DNA of 32,195 nt from a virus (Duplodnaviria; Caudoviricetes), in IMG/VR virus record IMGVR_UViG_3300011335_000294, positions 1 to 32,195 of that record; one strand, 5' to 3'. The notes under the pieces were generated by a model. That model made no database searches, had not been told where the DNA came from, and saw only the letters and a list, made by a program, of their open reading frames with translations. Numbering within the stretch: the first letter of the stretch is position 1; every line of letters starts with the position of its first letter. The position numbers and the translations under genes were made by a program. This document shows, one piece after another, positions 26,235-32,195 of the stretch.

Positions 26235-27206
26235 ATGTCACTAAAAAAATACTTAAAAACGTCTTTTGACTACGATGTCAACGGACTTGCACCGTACACC
26301 GACGAGCAAAGGGAAGATTTAATCGTTCGTTCGGTTACTGAAGCGCAAACATTACAATACATTGCTATCCAACAAGGCGTAAAAGGAAGCGAAGAATTAA
26401 AATTAATGGACGATTCAATCGTTTATCAAACGGCTGATTGTTCAATGTCACCTGACGGCGATACTGTTTTCACTGATCGTGCAATTTCAGTTGAAACAAT
26501 CGGTTACATGAAAAGATTTTGTCAAAAAGACCTTGCAGGATTTTGGACGCAACTTGCTTTGCAACCGGGCGCAATGGCTGAAGATAAGACATTACCTTTC
26601 GAAGCGCAAATCACTGATTACCTTTTGAAATTAAATGCTTTCGAATTAGATAAATTAATTTGGAACGGTAATAAATTAACCGGTTCTGGAAACCTTGCTT
26701 TCATGAACGGATTTAGACAATTCTTAACTGTTGCTGGTGGTTGTGTTAACTTGAACACTTCATCAACGGCAGCGATTACAGTATCGAACGCTTACGACGT
26801 ATTTTATGAAGCATTCACCAACACACCGGCAAATGTTGCTGAAGGTGAAGAATTCATTTGCATGACTGGACGTGAAAACTTTAACTTGTTATTGAAGAAT
26901 TTAGTTGACTTAAACTTGTATTCTTACAATCCAGGTGAATTCGCAACAATGAACGAATTATTATTACCAGGTTCAAACATGCGAGTTGTTAAAGTAAACG
27001 GATTGAACGGAACTGATAATATCTACACTGGAAAATCAAGTCACTTTGTATTCGGTACGGATTTATCTGGTGACTTCGAATCTTACGACCTTTGGTATTC
27101 ATTCGATGACGACGTGATTTATTTGCGATCTAAATTCCGCGCTGGCGTTCAAGTACCTTTCTTGAATCAAATCGGAGTATGGAACGGAACATCTTCACCG
27201 TCTTAA
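26235..27206 (+). CDS. Major capsid protein
   Basis: 323 aa; FCQKDL..FW, LIWNG, FGTDL..D motifs; follows protease and scaffold. Confidence 0.85.
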   Translation: MSLKKYLKTSFDYDVNGLAPYTDEQREDLIVRSVTEAQTLQYIAIQQGVKGSEELKLMDDSIVYQTADCSMSPDGDTVFTDRAISVETIGYMKRFCQKDLAGFWTQLALQPGAMAEDKTLPFEAQITDYLLKLNAFELDKLIWNGNKLTGSGNLAFMNGFRQFLTVAGGCVNLNTSSTAAITVSNAYDVFYEAFTNTPANVAEGEEFICMTGRENFNLLLKNLVDLNLYSYNPGEFATMNELLLPGSNMRVVKVNGLNGTDNIYTGKSSHFVFGTDLSGDFESYDLWYSFDDDVIYLRSKFRAGVQVPFLNQIGVWNGTSSPS

Positions 27207-27228
27207 TAAATAAAATATAAACCACGAC

Positions 27229-27244
27229 GGCCGGGCAACCGGCC
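27229..27244 (+). terminator. GC-rich GNRA-tetraloop hairpin after the capsid gene (weak terminator or mRNA stabiliser)
   Basis: GGCCGG-GCAA-CCGGCC with a poor U-tract. Confidence 0.55.
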
Positions 27245-27264
27245 TTCATTAAAAAAATAGAAAA

Positions 27265-27798
27265 ATGAGTTTATGTGATATGATCGCCGGCTACAATGAC
27301 CGGACATGTACAAACGGAAAAGGCGGAATCAAGTCGGTTTTATTGTTCCCTTTGGGCGCAATGTCCGGCGCGGTTATTACCGCCAACGAAGTAACGGCCT
27401 TGACCGTTGCCGGTGAAACATTCCTTTACAAGTTGAAAAGCAATTTGTCAAGTTACACCGCACCAATAAAAGTTGATAAGAATAACGGAACGCTTTGGTA
27501 TGAACATTCGCTTTCAATGATCCTTGCATCCGACAATAAAGAATTAAGAAGTGAAATTCACTTGCTTGCACAAAATGAAGTCGTTTGTTTGGTTGAAAAT
27601 GCTGACGGAACAATTGTTGCGCTTGGATTCGGCGAAGGACTTCAAATCGCTGATGCGAATGAATACACTTCTGGCGTTCTAAAAAGCGACCGACGTGGAC
27701 ATGTAATCGTTCTTAACGGAATGGAGAATGACGAAGTCCCTGATGTTGATCCATTAGTTTACGCGGCTTTATTGTTACAACAATCACCAGTTATTTAA
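27265..27798 (+). CDS. Major tail (tube) protein
   Basis: C..GKGGIKSV, NGTLWYEH, G..KSDRRG motifs; 177 aa; followed by a strong terminator. Confidence 0.65.
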   Translation: MSLCDMIAGYNDRTCTNGKGGIKSVLLFPLGAMSGAVITANEVTALTVAGETFLYKLKSNLSSYTAPIKVDKNNGTLWYEHSLSMILASDNKELRSEIHLLAQNEVVCLVENADGTIVALGFGEGLQIADANEYTSGVLKSDRRGHVIVLNGMENDEVPDVDPLVYAALLLQQSPVI

Positions 27799-27821
27799 GA
27801 AGTTTAGTTTGGTTAATTAAG

Positions 27822-27856
27822 AAGGGAAAGGAAAAATGATTTCTTTCCCTTTTTTT
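27822..27856 (+). terminator. Intrinsic terminator
   Basis: AAGGGAAAGGAA / TTTCTTTCCCTT stem followed by a T-run. Confidence 0.8.
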
Positions 27857-27872
27857 ATGTAATTTTAGCACT

Positions 27873-28115
27873 ATGAAAATAAAAAAGGAATTTATCGGTT
27901 CAAAATGTTGGTCATCAATGATGTCAAGGTGGTTTATAATTGAAGAATCAAAAGGCGATTTATATTATAATCTTGGAATCTTTGACATTTACGAAATTGA
28001 AAAACCAAAACTAATTAAAAAAGAAAATGTTAGTAATACAAAAAAACGGAACAACGCCATTAATAGTGACGGTGACGGAATTGACGACAATACCGAATCC
28101 GGCGTATTTATTTGA
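27873..28115 (+). CDS. Hypothetical protein
   Basis: 80-aa ORF; its 3' part overlaps the next gene. Confidence 0.55.
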   Translation: MKIKKEFIGSKCWSSMMSRWFIIEESKGDLYYNLGIFDIYEIEKPKLIKKENVSNTKKRNNAINSDGDGIDDNTESGVFI

Positions 28116-28395
28116 GTTCATCCATGAACAAAGCTTCAAGGAATATCGCTGCGTATTGAATAACATTTCAACCGCAACACCGCGATTCGATGAATTCGTT
28201 TTGGTTGACGGCGTTGATGTTAATTTCGATTATAACGGATATTATATTTATAACATTTACGAACAACAATCGCCGGGAAACCTTGATCCGAATAACACGG
28301 TCGGACTGGTTGAAACCGGCCGCGCCGAAGTCATCGAAATTGATTCGCCAAGCTTCGAATATAATTCGCCAATAATTTTCAATATATATGAATAA
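28027..28395 (+). CDS. Putative head-associated structural protein
   Basis: Y.YNIYEQ.S..NLDP, LVETGR motifs; directly before the portal. Confidence 0.55.
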   Translation: MLVIQKNGTTPLIVTVTELTTIPNPAYLFEFIHEQSFKEYRCVLNNISTATPRFDEFVLVDGVDVNFDYNGYYIYNIYEQQSPGNLDPNNTVGLVETGRAEVIEIDSPSFEYNSPIIFNIYE

Positions 28396-30148
28396 CAAAA
28401 TTAAAATGACTTCGCTTTCTTTTCGAAAGGAATTCGTAAAACCGGATGAAGAAAAAGACCGCGCACTTGGATTCATCAAATGGGGAAAGAAAAACGATTA
28501 TCCTTATTTTTTAATCGACCTTTTCAACGGATCGGCTTGGCATCAAGGAATTGTCAAGACGAAAACTTTCTACATTGCCGGAAATGGCCTTGAAGTTGTG
28601 ACCGGTGACATGCAAGGATTCATCGACAATCAATATTCGGCATTCGACATGAACGAAATTTCCGAACAATTGGCATTTGACTTCGAATTATTTGGCGGTT
28701 TTGCGGTGAAAGGGACTTGGAATCGAGAAGGAACAAGGGTTGCGAAGTGGGAATATTTAGACCTGGACGCAATTAGAATGACCGAAGACGAAAGATTTTA
28801 TTATTTGTCGGACGATTGGACGGCAATGTCGCAAAGTTTGGAAAAAACGAATCTTCGAATGTTTCCGGCATTGGATGAAAACAACCGGACCGGACAATTC
28901 GTAATTTACTACAAAGAACCGGCAAAGAAATCAAGAAAAGAAAAGGGAATTTATCCGAAACCAACATACAACGGTGGATTGACGGCCATTCAAACGGATT
29001 GCGACATCGCGAAATTCCACATGTATGAATTGCAAAATGGATTCAAGTCCGGAACGTTGATCAACATGCCGTCCGGATTCCCGGAATCAACCGAAGAACT
29101 TCACCGAATTACGGAATCAATCAAAGGACGAACACAATCGGTCGAAGATGCCGGCGAAATCATTATCACTTTTTCCGACGGAAAAGATTTAGCGCCAACC
29201 GTTCAACAATTAAACGGAAACGACCTGGACAAACGATATGAAGTGACGGCAGCATCCGTTCAACAAAACATATTAGTTGCGCATTCAGTTACCGCACCGA
29301 CATTGTTCGGAGTTATGCAGCAAGGATCTTTCAACGCGGCCGAATCCGGTGACTTATTTGAGATATTCAAAACAACATACGTTTCAACAAGGCAAAAACG
29401 AATTGAATGGATGTTGAATTATATGGCCAAACTTGGTGGCTATATTGGTTCGGTGAAATTGGTTGACGTATTGCCATTGAAATCGGTGGCGAAAGAAACG
29501 GTAATTGAACCAGTGGCAGCTTGCAAACATAATTCATTCACCGACAATGAAATTTCAATCTTTTCGGAATTCGGCGAAAGTCAAGATAATTACAAAGTTA
29601 TTTCATCGCATCCAATCGCTTGGGACACGCCGTCCGAAGAAGTTTTTTCACGACAAGAATTAATGTTTGAAACAATTGGCGAAATCAAAATAAAGATTAA
29701 AGATTTTGACAAGAATGTTTTGAGTTTATTAAAAAAGGGCGAAGATTCGACATCCATTGCGAAAGCATTGAACACAAATATCGAAGCGGTTGCGAAATCA
29801 ATCAATCAATTATCAACTTGGGAATTATACCAAAAAGGAAACACAACAAATCTTGGTGATTCATTGCTTGAAGATATTCAAATCGAAATTGCGGAATTCG
29901 AAGTTCGTTATTCGTATCGGACACGAACCGATGTTCCGGCCGTTCAAACGGAATCAAGAGAATTTTGCTTGAAATTGCTTTCATTGAATAGATCTTATTC
30001 ACGCCAGGATATTGATTCAATTTCAACGCGAGTTAGTCGGAATGTTTGGACTTACAAAGGTGGTTGGTACACGAATCCGGACACACAAAAAACAACACCT
30101 TGGTGTCGTCACGAATGGATTCAACAATTGGTTGTTAAACAAAAATAA
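28388..30148 (+). CDS. Portal protein with C-terminal extension
   Basis: WGKKNDYP, SAWHQGIV, NGF..G, ILVAHSVTAPTLFG portal motifs; extension ends in SREFC...YKGGW...CRHEW. Confidence 0.85.
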   Translation: MNNKIKMTSLSFRKEFVKPDEEKDRALGFIKWGKKNDYPYFLIDLFNGSAWHQGIVKTKTFYIAGNGLEVVTGDMQGFIDNQYSAFDMNEISEQLAFDFELFGGFAVKGTWNREGTRVAKWEYLDLDAIRMTEDERFYYLSDDWTAMSQSLEKTNLRMFPALDENNRTGQFVIYYKEPAKKSRKEKGIYPKPTYNGGLTAIQTDCDIAKFHMYELQNGFKSGTLINMPSGFPESTEELHRITESIKGRTQSVEDAGEIIITFSDGKDLAPTVQQLNGNDLDKRYEVTAASVQQNILVAHSVTAPTLFGVMQQGSFNAAESGDLFEIFKTTYVSTRQKRIEWMLNYMAKLGGYIGSVKLVDVLPLKSVAKETVIEPVAACKHNSFTDNEISIFSEFGESQDNYKVISSHPIAWDTPSEEVFSRQELMFETIGEIKIKIKDFDKNVLSLLKKGEDSTSIAKALNTNIEAVAKSINQLSTWELYQKGNTTNLGDSLLEDIQIEIAEFEVRYSYRTRTDVPAVQTESREFCLKLLSLNRSYSRQDIDSISTRVSRNVWTYKGGWYTNPDTQKTTPWCRHEWIQQLVVKQK

Positions 30149-30152
30149 AATT

Positions 30153-30671
30153 ATGAACTACTTACTTTCCGTTGAAAATTTAAAAAAGCTTGGATTGATT
30201 CATTCGAACACCGACACGAAGATCCTGGCGGTGGCAATCAAACGAAGTCAAGACATCCAATTGCAACCGGCATTGTCAACGCCATTGTTCAAGGCGCTAT
30301 TATTGCGCGTTCAAAACAATACTTGGACGCAAAATTATCTTGATTTAATGAATGATTACGTCGTTCCTTGTTTGGTGGCGTTCGTGGACTACCGTTGCGC
30401 GTTACTATTGAACGAAAAATTGACAAACAAATCTGTTGGTCGCGTTCAAGATGAAAACATACAACCGAATTCGGATAGCGAAACAAGCGCTTTGCGCGAC
30501 CAATTAAGAAAGGATGCGTATTTCTACAAAGAAAGATTAATCGTTCATCTAATGGCTGATAATGGCGTCAAATATCCGGAATATATTGAAACGAGTTCAA
30601 GTCCCGGACATTGTTCCGAAGACATGACAAAGGATCGAAACGGATATACACCAATCAATTTTATTATATGA
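30153..30671 (+). CDS. Putative head-tail adaptor
   Basis: QDIQLQPALST.LF, YVVPCL, KYPEY motifs; directly after the portal; ATG30153. Confidence 0.6.
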   Translation: MNYLLSVENLKKLGLIHSNTDTKILAVAIKRSQDIQLQPALSTPLFKALLLRVQNNTWTQNYLDLMNDYVVPCLVAFVDYRCALLLNEKLTNKSVGRVQDENIQPNSDSETSALRDQLRKDAYFYKERLIVHLMADNGVKYPEYIETSSSPGHCSEDMTKDRNGYTPINFII

Positions 30672-30793
30672 AATTCAAAGCTTCAAAGGAACAAATCGAA
30701 AAGCTAAAAATATACTTGAAACATGGAAAAAACAATCAACCAATTAAAAAGGGAATTCGAAATAATAGCGACGGAACACCGTCAAATAAATGA
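30668..30793 (+). CDS. Small basic hypothetical protein
   Basis: MKFKASKEQIEKLKIYLK; ATGA overlap with the adaptor gene. Confidence 0.45.
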   Translation: MKFKASKEQIEKLKIYLKHGKNNQPIKKGIRNNSDGTPSNK

Positions 30794-31187
30794 TTTCTTT
30801 TTTGGTGATTTTCTTGACGCCGTTTCACGCGATGCCGTAAAATTTCCGATTATGATTGTAACTTTGCAACCTGGAACAATTGGTGACAATTTTGTCGGAG
30901 TGAATTGCATTATTTCAATAGCTGATAAATATAATCTTCAAGAATATCGTCAAATTGATGAAATTCATTCCGATTGCTTATCCATTTGCAAAGATATTCA
31001 TGTCACATTTAAACAATGGCGCTTTGAAGAATTCTTAGATATTCAAGGAACGATTTCAACGACGCCATTTATTAACCGTTCACACGACGTGACCGCCGGT
31101 TGGACGATGAACATGGCCTTGAACATTTACGATTACGAAAATTGGTGCGAAATTCCATACGACAATTACGATTTTGAGAACAATTAA
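30723..31187 (+). CDS. Putative tail terminator / head-tail completion protein (full copy)
   Basis: HRQINDFFFGD, FP, PF..R..D..AGW motifs; position after the adaptor. Confidence 0.6.
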   Translation: MEKTINQLKREFEIIATEHRQINDFFFGDFLDAVSRDAVKFPIMIVTLQPGTIGDNFVGVNCIISIADKYNLQEYRQIDEIHSDCLSICKDIHVTFKQWRFEEFLDIQGTISTTPFINRSHDVTAGWTMNMALNIYDYENWCEIPYDNYDFENN

Positions 31188-31200
31188 ACATAATATATAC

Positions 31201-31365
31201 ATGGACAAGCATTTAAGATCATTATCGGTTGTGTTTTTTATTGCAGCTTACGGAACGGCAATCGCAATGTATTTTGAAGATGCCTTGTTCTTGAAGCTTG
31301 GTGGCGTCGCGCTTGGATTGTTCTTGACATTCCAGGTGATTGAAAAATTTGAAAATAGAATTTAA
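31201..31365 (+). CDS. Small two-TM membrane protein, allele B
   Basis: Homolog of 469..636. Confidence 0.7.
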   Translation: MDKHLRSLSVVFFIAAYGTAIAMYFEDALFLKLGGVALGLFLTFQVIEKFENRI

Positions 31366-31856
31366 TGAGATTGCAATTATATATATTACTCGCAAACATC
31401 CGTTTGTCATTCACGAAATTGCTTGCGGTTGTTGGCGCGTTCTTTTTACCAATATCCGGAATTTTATTTTTGATTGGATTCGCAATTCTTGTTGACACCT
31501 TGACCGGACTTTGGAAAAGTAAAAAATTGAAGATTGCAATCACATCGCGAAAATTATCCGCAATTATTTCAAAATTATTTTTATACGAACTTGCGGTCAT
31601 TGGATTTTACTTGATTGACTTTTGGATTTTAAACGATATTATTTTAAAGTTTTTTTCCGTTCCATTGATGTTGACAAAGATACTTTCATTGGTTCTTGTT
31701 TCAATCGAAGTCATGTCAATTAATGAAAATTATAAGGCGGTCAAAGGAATCGACATTTGGCAAGCAATGAAATCACTATTTGCCAGGGCGAAAGAAATTA
31801 AAAACGATATAAATGGAATTAGATCAAACCAAGATAGTTCAACACCGTCTATCTAA
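31365..31856 (+). CDS. Holin, allele B
   Basis: Homolog of 633..1124 with several amino-acid changes. Confidence 0.85.
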   Translation: MRLQLYILLANIRLSFTKLLAVVGAFFLPISGILFLIGFAILVDTLTGLWKSKKLKIAITSRKLSAIISKLFLYELAVIGFYLIDFWILNDIILKFFSVPLMLTKILSLVLVSIEVMSINENYKAVKGIDIWQAMKSLFARAKEIKNDINGIRSNQDSSTPSI

Positions 31857-32195
31857 CGACCAATTTTTTCAAGACGTTCACGAAAAGAAACAAATCTATC
31901 TTCACCACACCGCCGGCGGTGGCAATCCGGTATCGGTTGCGAAATTCTTTCAACAAAAGGAAGGAAAGGTCGCGACGGCATTCGTAATCGGTGAAAAAGG
32001 TACAATCGTTCAATTATTTAGTTCAAAACATTGGGCGTATCACCTGGGGTTGAAGCCGGAAGTTTTCGCGGAAAAGGGAATCACTTATCGAAGTCTTGAC
32101 AAGATATCAATCGGAATTGAAATTTGTAATTACGGGCCGCTAAAAAAGCAAAACGGTAACTTTATCAATTATGTTGGTGGCAAAGTTGACCGCTC
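31813..32195 (+). CDS. Amidase endolysin, allele B, truncated by the window end
   Basis: Homolog of 1081..1463. Confidence 0.85.
   Translation, partial: MELDQTKIVQHRLSNDQFFQDVHEKKQIYLHHTAGGGNPVSVAKFFQQKEGKVATAFVIGEKGTIVQLFSSKHWAYHLGLKPEVFAEKGITYRSLDKISIGIEICNYGPLKKQNGNFINYVGGKVDR

Larger units (their letters stand above)
1..32195. mobile_element. Tailed dsDNA bacteriophage genome (siphovirus-like, probable Bacteroidota host), unit length 30,732 bp plus 1,463 bp redundancy
   Basis: Full set of head, tail, packaging, lysis and replication genes; ends overlap at a constant offset of 30,732; no host genes or integrase seen. Confidence 0.95.
30733..32195 (+). repeat. Terminal direct repeat, copy B
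   Basis: Colinear with 1-1463 at offset 30,732. Confidence 0.97.

Noticed and set aside
1-32195. Integrated prophage or tandem prophage array
   Set aside because: No integrase, att-like junction or host genes seen; the ends simply overlap as a circular permutation, though a tandem arrangement cannot be fully excluded without flanking sequence

Overview
The window is an essentially complete, circularly permuted genome (unit length 30,732 bp) of a small tailed siphovirus-like dsDNA phage. The host is probably in Bacteroidota, judged from TAnnTTTG-type promoters, A-rich leaders without Shine-Dalgarno sites, a BT4734/VirE-N primase and a DUF3127 SSB. Bases 1-1463 recur at 30733-32195 as a diverged allele, not an exact copy. 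Gene order: lysis (2-TM protein, holin, amidase, u-spanin); metallophosphoesterase; a non-coding palindrome array; early small genes and HNH; DnaA-C-like protein, iteron array, structured leader and primase-helicase; nucleases; ERF, exonuclease and SSB; HTH and sigma-like regulators; CxxC proteins and a GT2 glycosyltransferase; TerS and TerL; a frameshifting tail chaperone; tail genes; tape measure; a lone minus-strand Stealth-like gene; protease, scaffold and capsid; major tail protein; portal; adaptor; tail terminator. No integrase, DNA polymerase, tRNA or CRISPR array was seen. The most unusual signals are non-coding: (1) a 290-bp run of about 9 different palindromes ending in a Fur-box-like site just upstream of the early promoter; (2) an 11-copy inverted iteron array plus a loop-E/pseudoknot leader RNA in front of the primase; (3) a compact GAACAA-N4-AYATAWT motif before five late gene blocks. 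All family assignments come from recognising motifs by eye, not from database searches.
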